Notes: a model not told the origin generated them from the sequence alone. A stretch of DNA of 64,000 nucleotides from an uncultured Gemmatimonadales bacterium (GCA_963728915.1 CAVSLV010000001.1:320001-384000); one strand, 5' to 3'; numbered from the stretch's first letter, positions 42,901 through 49,046 are shown. Numbers and translations are program-made.

Positions 42901-44075
42901 TTCGCGAACGTAGCGACTCCATTGTCGTTGGTGATCGCCATGTTGCCGGTGAGGGTGAGCGCGGCGGTAACCGCGGCTCCGGGCGCAGGCTCCTCCCGGT
43001 CTGGAAGGGTGGTGGCCGCGTTGGCAGTGATGGTTACCCCAGCCTGGTGGACCGGATTCCCCGAACCATCCCGGAGTTGAATTACCGGCGCCGGGGATAA
43101 GGGGGCTCCGCTCCGGGCGCTGTCGGGTGGTGGGGTGGCGAAGGACGCCTGGCTGACGCTTCCCGCGCTCACCGAGAACGCATTGCTGATGGCCGGTACC
43201 AGCCCGGGCGAGCTCACCTGAAGGCTGTAGCCGGTGCCGACGCGATCGAGCGTGAGATCGGTGAAGGTCGCGGTCCCGTTCACCGCGTTGCGCGTGGTGA
43301 CCCCGCTGAGGGTGGCTCCACCCGGATTCGCCGCGAGCGCGATGGTCACCGAGTTGGTCGCCCCGAGCACGGTGGTCAGCAGGTCATCCTGGAGATCCAC
43401 CTTGATCGAAGGCAGGAACTGACCCGCCACCACGTTGCCCGGCTGAGTCGCGAACCCGAGCCGGGTGGGTGGCCGGGTCGATACCGATACGCTCGCGGTA
43501 GCGGTCTTTCCTTCTGCCGAAGCGGTGATGGTGACCGGGCCACCCTCGCGAACCGCGATAACAACCCCGGTCACCGTCACCGTGGCGATGTTGTTGTCGC
43601 TCGAGCTCCAGGAGATATCCCGGCCGTTCAACTGGCTTCCGTTCGCGTCGAACGCAGTGGCGGTCAGCGTCTGGCTGGCACCAACCAGGAGGTGGAATTC
43701 GCCCGGTTCGACGGTAATCCGATCGATCGGGACCGCTCGAACCGAAACCGAGGCGCTCCCCACGATGCCGTCTACCGTTGCCTGCACCTGCACCGGCCCC
43801 CCGACCCCGAGCCCGGTGACCAGTCCGCTGCCCGACACCGAGGCAATGGATGGATTCGAGGACGACCAGGCAACCGCTCGGCCGGTGACCGTCACGCCGC
43901 TCGTAGTCTTGGGGGTGGCGGAGAGCTGGAGCGTCTGACCCACGATGAGGTCTCCGCTCGGCGGCGCCACTTCGACCCGGGCGACCACCAGCACGTTGGT
44001 CACTCCTCCTCCGGAGGAGCACTCCATGGTGAGCAGGGCGGCCGTGAGAGCGACAACGGAACGACGAAGCGACAT
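30939..44075 (-). CDS. Giant Thr/Gly/Val/Ala-rich tandem Ig-like repeat surface protein, probable lipoprotein adhesin (~4378 aa)
   Basis: Uninterrupted 13.1-kb ORF; signal MSLRRSVVALTAALLTME-C-SSGGG from ATG 44075; 2 Big_2-like + 5 divergent + 33 conserved + 1 terminal domain with a DxxGN-type motif. Confidence 0.9.
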   Translation of the reverse strand: MSLRRSVVALTAALLTMECSSGGGVTNVLVVARVEVAPPSGDLIVGQTLQLSATPKTTSGVTVTGRAVAWSSSNPSIASVSGSGLVTGLGVGGPVQVQATVDGIVGSASVSVRAVPIDRITVEPGEFHLLVGASQTLTATAFDANGSQLNGRDISWSSSDNNIATVTVTGVVIAVREGGPVTITASAEGKTATASVSVSTRPPTRLGFATQPGNVVAGQFLPSIKVDLQDDLLTTVLGATNSVTIALAANPGGATLSGVTTRNAVNGTATFTDLTLDRVGTGYSLQVSSPGLVPAISNAFSVSAGSVSQASFATPPPDSARSGAPLSPAPVIQLRDGSGNPVHQAGVTITANAATTLPDREEPAPGAAVTAALTLTGNMAITNDNGVATFANLSVSGATGEYNLIFTAPGMAPLTSGTIELLPGSGTTLFIATQPGVSAQSNTPLSIQPAIRLHDAFGNDVPQSGVVVTASLASGSGDVGGNTTANTNGSGLAAFLGLSISGPVGTYTLRFSAPDYSPVVSSPVIVGPGAPSQLAMVTQPTAALASGTLFTQQPVVRLQDASGNSVGLAGITVTATVFPDANLLGGIFSTTDATGLAPFAGLGLSGLAGNYTLTFRASGISPASSVPIALGVGVPTRLTFTQQPSTAAQSGVSFPQQPALQLRDGGGNPVTQQGVAVNAALSGPAGGSLIGSTTATTGAGGLATFAGLGVAGPVGNYQVAFTANSGALLSGPSGVIALGPGPASQLVLTQQPVGGASGGPLATQPVLAIRDAQGNTVTGDNTTQVSVTISSGVGGNLSGTLTRTAAGGVVTFNDLSLAGTAGQSYQLRFGISGNPVPPALSGSVVVSAGTASQLVLTQQPAGGLSGAPLPTQPVLAIRDAQGNTVLTDNSTQVSVAIFSGGGGTLGGTLTRTAVNGVVTFTGLTLSGTVGTNYVLRFTSSPALTAVNSGNVMVTAGTATQLSLTQQPAGGASGAPLATQPVVAIRDAQGNTVTTDNSTQVTVAIASGTGGTLGGTLTRTAANGVVTFSGVTLAGTVGTNYTLGFSSTPALTPVTSGNVAVTAGAATQLAITQQPVGGASGAVLPTQPIVAIRDAQGNTVTGDNTTQVTIAIQSGAGGALGGTLTRTAVNGVVSFTAVTLAGTVGTNYVLRFTSSPALTAVNSSDLTLTAGAASQLVLTQQPVGATSGTALATQPVVAIRDAQGNTVTTDNTTQVTVAIFSGAGGTLGGTVTGTAVNGVATFTNVTLAGAVGTNYVLRFTSSPALTPVNSSNVTVTAGNATQLVLTQQPVGGPSGSALATQPVVAIRDAQGNTVATDNTTQVTAGILSGVGGTLGGSVTGTAVNGVVTFTNLTMAGTVGTNYVLQFTSSPALTPANSNSLTVTPGAGTQLVITQQPAGGASGGTLTTQPIVAVRDAQGNTVTGDNTTQVTVAIFSGAGGTLGGTLTRTVANGVATFTGVTLSGTVGTNYTLRFTSVPALAAATSGNVSVTPGAASQLTITQQPVGGASGAVLATQPIVAIRDAQGNTVTSDNSTQVTVAISSGVGGSLGGTLARTAIGGVVSFTGVTLSGGVGTNYALQFTSNPVLAPAISNGVTLTAGAANKLGITTQPVGGSSGVALATQPVIAIQDAQGNTVTGDNTTQVTVQIGSGAGGALGGTLTRTASGGVVTFTGVSLSGVVGTSYVLQFTSSPVLTSISSNNVTVTAGTANKLGITQQPVGGTSGAVLATQPIVVIQDAQGNTVTGDNTTQVTVQISSGAGGGLGGTLTRTASGGVVTFTGLTLSGVVGTNYVLQFTSNPVLTSVSSNNVTVTAGAANKLGITTQPVGAASGAALATQPIVVIQDAQGNTVTSDNTTQVTVQIGSGAGGSLGGTLTRTAASGVVTFTGVTLSGVVGTNYVLQFTSSPVLTSVNSNNVTVTAGAANKLGITQQPVGGASGAALATQPIVVIQDAQGNTVTGDNTTQVSVGILSGAGGSLGGTLTRTASSGVVAFTGVTLSGVVGTNYVLQFTSSPALTAASSNNVTVTAGTPSKLGITTQPVGGASGAALATQPVVAIQDAGGNTVTSDNTTQVTVAILSGAGGSLGGTLTRTASGGVVTFTGVTLSGVVGTNYVLRFTSSPVLTAVNSGNVTVTAGAASQLAITQPPTGGASGAALSTQPIVAIRDAQGNTVTTDNGTQVSVALFSGAGGAVGGTTTVTAVNGVATFTGVTLSGTVGTNYVLRFTSSPVLTPVNSGNVTVTAGTATQLAITTQPVGGANGATLATQPAIAIRDAQGNTVTTDNGTQVSVALFSGAGGAVGGTTTVTAVNGVATFTNVTLSGTVGTNYVLRFTSSPVLTPVNSGNVTVTAGAANKLGITTQPVGGASGAALATQPIVVIQDAQGNTVTGDNTTQVTVAILSGAGGSLGGTLTRTAVGGVVTFTGVTLSGGVGTNYVLQFTSNPVLASVISNGVTLTAGVANKLGITTQPVGGSSGGALATQPVIAIQDAQGNTVTGDNTTQVTVAILSGAGGSLGGTLTRTASGGVVTFTGVTLSGVVGTNYVLRFTSSPVLTAVNSGNVTVTAGAASQLAITQPPTGGASGAALSTQPIVAIRDAQGNTVTTDNGTQVSVALFSGAGGAVGGTTTVTAVNGVATFTGVTLSGTVGTNYVLRFTSSPVLTPVNSGNVTVTAGTATQLAITTQPVGGANGATLATQPAIAIRDAQGNTVTTDNGTQVSVALFSGAGGAVGGTTTVTAVNGVATFTNVTLSGTVGTNYVLRFTSSPVLTAVNSGNVTVTAGAASQLAITQPPTGGASGAALSTQPIVAIRDAQGNTVTTDNGTQVSVALFSGAGGAVGGTTTVTAVNGVATFTNVTLSGTVGTNYVLRFTSSPVLTAVNSGNVTVTAGAASQLAITQPPTGGASGAALSTQPIVAIRDAQGNTVTTDNGTQVSVALFSGAGGAVGGTTTVTAVNGVATFTGVTLSGTVGTNYVLRFTSSPVLTAVNSGNVTVTAGAASQLAITQPPTGGASGAALSTQPIVAIRDAQGNTVTTDNGTQVSVALFSGAGGAVGGTTTVTAVNGVATFTNVTLSGTVGTNYVLRFTSSPVLTPVNSGNVTVTAGTATQLAITTQPVGGANGATLATQPAIAIRDAQGNTVTTDNGTQVSVALFSGAGGAVGGTTTVTAVNGVATFTNVTLSGTVGTNYVLRFTSSPVLTPVNSGNVTVTAGAANKLGITTQPVGGASGAALATQPIVVIQDAQGNTVTGDNTTQVTVAILSGAGGSLGGTLTRTAVGGVVTFTGVTLSGGVGTNYVLQFTSNPVLASVISNGVTLTAGVANKLGITTQPVGGSSGGALATQPVIAIQDAQGNTVTGDNTTQVTVAILSGAGGGLGGTLTRTAVGGVVTFTGVTLSGVVGTSYVLQFTSSPVLTSVSSTNVTVTAGAANKLGITQQPVGGASGAALATQPVIAIQDAQGNTVTGDNATQVTLQIGSGAGGALGGTLTRTAVGGVVTFTNAALSGVVGTSYVLQFTSSPVLTPVNSGNVTVTAGTATQLAITTQPVGGANGATLATQPAIAIRDAQGNTVTTDNGTQVSVALFSGAGGAVGGTTTVTAVNGVATFTNVTLSGTVGTNYVLRFTSSPVLTPVNSGNVTVTAGTATQLAITTQPVGGASGAALATQPVVAIQDAGGNTVTSDNTTLVTVAILSGAGGSLGGTLTRTAVGGVVSFTGVTLSGVVGTNYVLQFTSSPALTATGSNNVTVTLGAATQLAITTQPVGGASGGNLATQPVVAIRDGGGNTVTTDNTTQVTVAILSGAGGGLGGTLTRTAVGGVVTFTGVTLSGVVGTSYVLQFTSSPVLTSVSSTNVTVTAGAANKLGITTQPVGGASGGNLSTQPVVAIRDGGGNTVTSDNTTQVTVAIFSGAGGALGGTQTVTAVNGVASFSTVTLSGVVGTNYVLRFTSSPALTAVNSGNVTVTAGTATQLAITTQPVGGANGATLATQPAIAIRDAQGNTVTTDNGTQVSVALFSGAGGAVGGTTTVTAVNGVATFTNVTLSGTVGTNYVLRFTSSPVLTPVNSGNVTVTAGTATQLAITTQPVGGASGAALATQPVIAIQDASGNTVTGDNTTLVTVAILSGAGGSLGGTLTRTAGGGVVSFTGVTLSGVVGTNYVLQFTSSPALTATGSNNVTVTLGAATQLAITTQPVGGASGGNLATQPVVLIRDSGGNTVTSDNATQVSVAILSGAGGALGGTQTVTAVNGVATFTNLTLAGTVGTNYVLQFTSSPVLTAANSNSVTVTAGTADHMTFSTAPATTATTAVALNPQPALQLRDMNNNAVASAGVSISVTLVTLTGSGILGGTATAITAANGIATFTDLVITGTGTFQLQFAGTGLAPATSAVITVSP
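31254..41849 (-). repeat. Intragenic tandem array: 33 units (32 x 321 bp plus one of 324 bp)
   Basis: Unit starts at 41849, 41525, ... 37673, ... 31574; 41525-31253 = 10272 = 32 x 321. Confidence 0.95.
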
Positions 44076-44094
44076 CACCGGACGGAAACCGACG

Positions 44095-44643
44095 CTAAAG
44101 TCCCAACCCGAGTCCGGCCCGCACCATCGCGTAGCGCGACGGGAGGTCACCCCGGACCTCGAAATACTGCCCCCCGAGATCGGCCGACAAGCGACTGCTG
44201 AGACGAATCAGGAAGCCCCCGCCTCCCCCGTATCCGACACTGGTATCACCCACGTTGAAGTCCTGCGAGCCGCTCACCAGCTTGCCGGCCCCCACCCGGC
44301 CCGCCAGGTAGACGGCGATCAAGCGGGACGCGCTCACCACGTAGCGAGGCTCGATGAAGCCGAACGAAAGCTGGAGGGTCGGGGGAGGACTGCCTTCGGT
44401 GAAGGCGAACACCGTGCTGCGCTGATACCCGGCCCCCAGCGAGAATCGCCCGAACGTATAGCGAAGCTGCCCCTCCCAGCCGATCCGGGTCCGGGATTCA
44501 AAGGCCGGGTCCTTCTGGGTGGAGAACAGGACTGCCCCGGAGCCCTGCACCGAAAGACGCTGGAGCGACTGCGCGGCGGCCGGCGTGGCCAGCGCCGAAA
44601 CCAGGAGGACGAAGCCGGGCACACGGGAGCCAGTGAGCTGCAT
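44095..44643 (-). CDS. Small outer-membrane beta-barrel protein (OmpA/OmpW-like, probably 8-stranded)
   Basis: Signal peptide ending PAAA-Q; ~155-aa mature chain of amphipathic strands (GWEGQLRY, YLAGRVGAG, GYGGGGGF); terminal strand RAGLGLGL. Start 44643 or 44652. Confidence 0.8.
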   Translation of the reverse strand: MQLTGSRVPGFVLLVSALATPAAAQSLQRLSVQGSGAVLFSTQKDPAFESRTRIGWEGQLRYTFGRFSLGAGYQRSTVFAFTEGSPPPTLQLSFGFIEPRYVVSASRLIAVYLAGRVGAGKLVSGSQDFNVGDTSVGYGGGGGFLIRLSSRLSADLGGQYFEVRGDLPSRYAMVRAGLGLGL

Positions 44644-44669
44644 GAGATCCATTCCGAGGTGCGAGGTCC

Positions 44670-46064
44670 CTAGGGGACCGGGTTGAGCAGACGGGCGCCG
44701 TCGAACCGCCATTCGGACCCGACATACGAGGCGATCCCGACGAACTGACCGGTCTTCCGGTCGCCCACTCCGAAGTCGCCCCGCCATTCGAACTGGACCG
44801 TGAATTTCGCTTCTGCCCGGTTCGCGGCAAGGGTCGTACCCTCGATCTTCATCAGGCTCGCCCTGGGAGAATAGTCGCTGATCAGCTTGATGAACCGCTC
44901 CCGGCGCTTGAGGTCGCCCGAGAGGCTCTCCGGGAGCAGGCGCGCAAGGTTCTCGAGGTGCCTGCTGTTGATTGCATCCACCAGGCGGCCCACCCCGGTG
45001 GTGACCAGTTGCGACGCCTCCACCCGGTCCGCTTCCGGGTCTCTCGGCGGAGGTTCCTTGACCGGCACCGGCGGTGGCGGACTGGGAGCGGGGGCGGGGC
45101 TGGGTGCCGGCGCCGGGGCGACCGGAAGATCGGGGACCGGCACCGAAGTGACCGGTGGAATCTGGGTCTTGGGTTTTTCCTGGGACTCCGTCCGGGTCCG
45201 CTGGATCGAGTCGCGAGCCGCCTGGGCCGCAAACCGGCTCCGTTCCTCGGCGGCGCTGACGTCGCGGAGCGCGAGGACCAGCGAATCCACCACCGCCTGG
45301 GCGGAGTCCTGATTCACGTCGGAGCCTTTCCCGGTGGGAATCGGCGCGTCCACGGCCTCGATGAAGATGAACGCGGGAACCTGCGCCGAGGCCGGCTTGG
45401 TGGTGACGAACCAGGCGACGCTCGAGCCGGTGGCCACCAGCGCGATCAGCATGGCCTGGAGCAGGCTGCGCTTGCGGCGCTTGAGCTGGACCCGGCGCAG
45501 CCGGTCGGCTTCCTCGAGCTCGGGGCTGTATTTGAGCGCCGGGGTCTGCGCGTTAGGGAGCGCCAGCGCCTTGCCGTAGGGCCCCGCCTCGGGAAGAAGC
45601 CAGAGCGGCGGACTCAGCCGGACCTTGCGCTCCGCGATCGCGGCCCGGATCACCAGCACCGTCAGGATGACCAGCAGACCCAGCGAGATTCCGCCCAGCA
45701 CCACCGGCGCGGTCGTGCGGCGATCCAGCCGTTGCTGGTCGAGCTCCTCGAACAGCAGGGGACCGCCCTCGATCTGGTGGGACGAGAGCTTGGCCCGGAC
45801 CCGAAGCGCGCCGCCGTCCCGGGGCAGGCGGTCGGTCCGGATCAGCACCCCATCGGGATCGGTGGCGTCGATGATGCGATAGAAGCCGGCGCGGGCGGCG
45901 GGAGAGGTCGACCGGATATCGACGACATCACCCTCGATGCTGACCTCTTTCGCGCCCAGGGTCTCCCGGCCCGCCTTGAGGTCGGCGATCCAGGACCTTG
46001 GCGGAGGCGCCTGGCCCTGGAGAAAAAGTCCCGCCGCGAGGAGTCGGCTGGCGCGCAACAGCAT
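44670..46064 (-). CDS. Hypothetical membrane protein: OB-fold-like domain, 2 TM, Pro-rich linker, C-terminal alpha/beta domain
   Basis: 464-aa ORF with two hydrophobic helices flanking a basic loop (RRVQLKRRKR); PAPAPSPAPAPSPPPP linker. Confidence 0.75.
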   Translation of the reverse strand: MLLRASRLLAAGLFLQGQAPPPRSWIADLKAGRETLGAKEVSIEGDVVDIRSTSPAARAGFYRIIDATDPDGVLIRTDRLPRDGGALRVRAKLSSHQIEGGPLLFEELDQQRLDRRTTAPVVLGGISLGLLVILTVLVIRAAIAERKVRLSPPLWLLPEAGPYGKALALPNAQTPALKYSPELEEADRLRRVQLKRRKRSLLQAMLIALVATGSSVAWFVTTKPASAQVPAFIFIEAVDAPIPTGKGSDVNQDSAQAVVDSLVLALRDVSAAEERSRFAAQAARDSIQRTRTESQEKPKTQIPPVTSVPVPDLPVAPAPAPSPAPAPSPPPPVPVKEPPPRDPEADRVEASQLVTTGVGRLVDAINSRHLENLARLLPESLSGDLKRRERFIKLISDYSPRASLMKIEGTTLAANRAEAKFTVQFEWRGDFGVGDRKTGQFVGIASYVGSEWRFDGARLLNPVP

Positions 46065-46070
46065 CCCGGA

Positions 46071-46076
46071 AAGATA
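46071..46076 (-). promoter_or_regulatory. Putative -10 box TATCTT, 6 nt before ATG 46064 (leaderless geometry)
   Basis: Minus strand reads TATCTT-tccggg-ATG; no SD. Confidence 0.45.
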
Positions 46077-46095
46077 ATCCCGAGTCGGAACCGCC

Positions 46096-46124
46096 TTGAA
46101 CCTCCGGTGGCCGGGGGCTAACTT
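46096..46124 (+). promoter_or_regulatory. Putative sigma70 promoter of the fmdB-argS operon (TTGAAC-17-TAACTT)
   Basis: TTGAAC 46096-46101, TAACTT 46119-46124, in the divergent intergenic region. Confidence 0.55.
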
Positions 46125-46160
46125 TCAGCGTTACATTCGGTTAGCCCATCCGGAAGGACC

Positions 46161-46487
46161 ATGCCAACCTACGAGTACCGCTGCCCCCGCGGGCATGAAT
46201 TCGAGAGAATCCTGAAGATCACCGATACCGCCCGGGTGAAGTGTCCCCAGTGTGGTCGGGTGGCCCAGCGAATAATCTCGGGCGGAGCGGGCCTCATCTT
46301 CAAGGGATCCGGATTCTACATCACCGATTACGGGAAGGACGGCAAAGGTCCCGCCAGGCCCAGCGAAGCGGAGTCCAAGGCGGAATCGCCGGCGTCGTCC
46401 GAGGCCACGCCTAACCCGGAGAAGCCGTCTTCCGGGGAGAAATCCGGCAAGCCCTCGAAGAAATCCGGCAAGAAAGCCAAGCCGTGA
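46161..46487 (+). CDS. FmdB family zinc-ribbon protein
   Basis: MPTYEYRC..GHEFE, CPQCG, FKGSGFYITDY; low-complexity Ser/Lys tail; AGGA RBS. Confidence 0.9.
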   Translation: MPTYEYRCPRGHEFERILKITDTARVKCPQCGRVAQRIISGGAGLIFKGSGFYITDYGKDGKGPARPSEAESKAESPASSEATPNPEKPSSGEKSGKPSKKSGKKAKP

Positions 46488-48121
46488 CCGAGGCGATCCG
46501 CGCCGCCCTCTCCCGGGTGGCGTCCGGGATGGGTGCGCCCGAGGCGGAGTTCGTGCTCGAGCGGCCCCGCGAATCGGGGCACGGGGACCTCGCGACCAAC
46601 CTGGCCATGGTGCTGGCCCGGGCCCGGAAGACCAATCCCAGAAACCTGGCGAACGACATCGTGGAGAAGCTCGCCCTTCCCGAGAGCCTGGTCTCCCGGA
46701 CCGAAATCGCGGGACCCGGCTTCATCAATTTCTGGCTCGCCGAGGACCAGCTGGTCTCCGTGCTGGCGACCATTCTCCGGGCGGGCGAGCGCTACGGCCG
46801 CGCCGACTTCGGCCGGGGCGTCCGGGTGAACGTGGAGTTCGTGTCGGCCAATCCGACCGGCCCGCTGCACGTGGGACATGGACGGGGAGCCGCCCTGGGC
46901 GACGCGATCGCGGCGCTGCTGGAATGGACCGGACATGAGGTCACCCGGGAGTTCTACATCAACGACGCCGGGGTACAGATCGATCGCCTGGTCGAGAGTC
47001 TCTGGGCCCGGATCCGGCAGCAGCAGGGCCTGGCCGCCGACATTCCCGAGGGCGGCTATCACGGCGAATACCTGATCGAGGCCGCCGGCCGCGCCGTAGC
47101 CGGGCTCGATCCCGGGGTCCTCGCCGGCGACCTCGCCACCGCGGCGCCGGCGCTCCGCCGCTTCATTCTCGAGGCGCAACGCGCCGAACAGGACGAGCTG
47201 CTCACCGACTTCGGGGTCCGCTTCGACCGGATGAGCTCGGAGCAGTCCCTCTACGACGATGGCCGGGTGAGCGCCACGATCGAGGAGCTCGGCGCGCGGG
47301 GGCTCACCTACCAGCGGGACGGCGCGCTCTGGCTCCGGACCGAATCGCAGGGGGACGACAAGGACCGGGTGCTCCGGAAGAGCGACGGTACCCTCACCTA
47401 CCTGGTGCCGGACCTGGCCTACCACCGCGACAAGCACGAGCGCGGGTTCGACCGGGTGATCGATGTGTGGGGCGCCGATCATCACGGCTACATCGGGCGG
47501 ATGCGGGCCGCGCTGCGGGCCCTGGGCTATCCCGAGGATTTCTTCGAGGTCGCGATGGTGCAGCTCGTCAAGGTGGTCCGGGCCGGGGAGGAAGTCCGGA
47601 TGTCCAAGCGGGCCGGCGACTATGTCACCCTGCGCGAGCTGCTCGACTGGGTTGGAGTGGACGCGGCCCGGTACTTCTTCCTGATGCGGCGGAGCGAGGC
47701 CCCGTTCGTGTTCGATGTGGACCTGGCCCGCAAGCAGACCGACGAGAATCCGATCTTCTACGTCCAGATGGCCCACGCCCGGATGACCGGCATTTTCCGG
47801 GTGGCCGGCCGGAGCGTCGAGTCCACCGGGGAGAGCGCCGCGCTGGACGCCCTGCCGGCGGCGGAAGATGCCGCGCTGCTCAAGCTGCTGCCCAAATTCC
47901 CCGAGACCGTGTCCGGGGCGGCCCAGGCCCGGGAGCCCCACCGGATCACCGCCTTCCTGGAGGAGCTGGCCCAGGTGGCCCACGGCTGGTATCACCACTG
48001 TCGCGTGTTAGGGGAGCCGCCCCCGGTGGAAGCCGCCCGCCTGGTGCTGGCCCGGGCCACCCGGCAGGTGCTCGGCAACGGGCTCCGCCTGCTCGGGCTC
48101 AGCGCCCCGGACCGGATGTGA
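46484..48121 (+). CDS. argS: Arginine--tRNA ligase
   Basis: VEFVSANPTGPLHVGHGR, WGADHHGY, MSKRAG, YVQMAHAR, C-terminal APDRM. Confidence 0.97.
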   Translation: MTEAIRAALSRVASGMGAPEAEFVLERPRESGHGDLATNLAMVLARARKTNPRNLANDIVEKLALPESLVSRTEIAGPGFINFWLAEDQLVSVLATILRAGERYGRADFGRGVRVNVEFVSANPTGPLHVGHGRGAALGDAIAALLEWTGHEVTREFYINDAGVQIDRLVESLWARIRQQQGLAADIPEGGYHGEYLIEAAGRAVAGLDPGVLAGDLATAAPALRRFILEAQRAEQDELLTDFGVRFDRMSSEQSLYDDGRVSATIEELGARGLTYQRDGALWLRTESQGDDKDRVLRKSDGTLTYLVPDLAYHRDKHERGFDRVIDVWGADHHGYIGRMRAALRALGYPEDFFEVAMVQLVKVVRAGEEVRMSKRAGDYVTLRELLDWVGVDAARYFFLMRRSEAPFVFDVDLARKQTDENPIFYVQMAHARMTGIFRVAGRSVESTGESAALDALPAAEDAALLKLLPKFPETVSGAAQAREPHRITAFLEELAQVAHGWYHHCRVLGEPPPVEAARLVLARATRQVLGNGLRLLGLSAPDRM

Positions 48122-48125
48122 CCCG

Positions 48126-49046
48126 GTGAGCCTCCTCGTGGTGGGAAGCGTCGCGCTCGATTCGGTGTTCACCCCCTTCGGGGAAACCGCCGACGCGCTG
48201 GGCGGCTCGGCGGTCTACTTCAGCGTGGCCGCCTCGCTCCTCCACCCGGTCCGGGTGGTCGGCGTGGTGGGCGACGACTACCCGATCGAGGCGCTGGAGC
48301 AGCTTTCCGCCCGGGGGATCGACTGGTCCGGAGTGGAGCGGGTCCAGGGGGAGAGCTTCCGCTGGAAGGGGAAGTATTCCTACGACCTCCAGAGCCGGGA
48401 AACGCTCGAAACCCGGCTCGGCGTCTTCGCCAGCTTCCAGCCCAAGCTCCCCGCCGCCTGGCGCGACGCCCGGTACGTGTTCCTCGGGAACATCGATCCG
48501 GTGCTCCAGCTCGGAGTGCTCGACCAGATTGCCGCCCCCAAGCTGGTCGTCTGCGACACCATGAACTACTGGATCAAGGGACAGAAGCCCGATCTCCTCA
48601 AGCTGCTCAAGCGGGTGGACATCCTGCTGGTGAATGACGGCGAGGCGCGGGAGCTGTCGGGCGACTGGAATATCCACCGCGCGGGACGCTGGATCCTGAA
48701 CCGCGGGCCCAAGCGCGTGGTGGTGAAGCAGGGCGAGTACGGCGCGCTGATGATCGAGCAGGAACGCACCTTCTATGTCCCGGCCTACCCGCTCGAGGAG
48801 GTATTCGACCCGACCGGCGCCGGCGATGCCTTCGCCGGCGGGTTCGTGGGTTACCTGGCCCGCTCCGGCTCGGTGTCCTCCGCGGCAATGCGGCGGGCCA
48901 TGGTGTATGGGTCGGCCATGGGCGGGTTCGCGGTGCAGGGCTTCGGCCTCAAGGGATTCGAGGGCATCGACTCCGGCGCCATCACCCGGCGGGTGCATGC
49001 CTTCGTCGACCTGACCCACGTCCCCGAAGCGGAGCCGCTCGAGTGA
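48126..49046 (+). CDS. PfkB family carbohydrate/nucleoside kinase
   Basis: VVGSVALD, LGGSA, DTMNYWI, DPTGAGDAFAGG. Confidence 0.9.
   Translation: MSLLVVGSVALDSVFTPFGETADALGGSAVYFSVAASLLHPVRVVGVVGDDYPIEALEQLSARGIDWSGVERVQGESFRWKGKYSYDLQSRETLETRLGVFASFQPKLPAAWRDARYVFLGNIDPVLQLGVLDQIAAPKLVVCDTMNYWIKGQKPDLLKLLKRVDILLVNDGEARELSGDWNIHRAGRWILNRGPKRVVVKQGEYGALMIEQERTFYVPAYPLEEVFDPTGAGDAFAGGFVGYLARSGSVSSAAMRRAMVYGSAMGGFAVQGFGLKGFEGIDSGAITRRVHAFVDLTHVPEAEPLE

Noticed and set aside
30939..44075. Diversity-generating retroelement or invertase shuffling of the repeats
   Set aside because: No reverse transcriptase or recombinase in the window; repeats are direct and differences are not evidently adenine-specific.
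44076..44150. Track start of the giant ORF at 44150
   Set aside because: It overlaps the barrel gene; ATG 44075 gives a proper signal peptide.
30001..44673. Many plus-strand ORFs (60-625 aa), including recurring 65- and 105-aa ones
   Set aside because: Antisense shadows of the minus-strand genes; their periodic starts and stops mirror the repeat codons.
27279..46064. Cassette as a mobile element or genomic island
   Set aside because: No integrase, transposase, tRNA or flanking direct repeats seen; horizontal origin can be neither shown nor excluded by eye.
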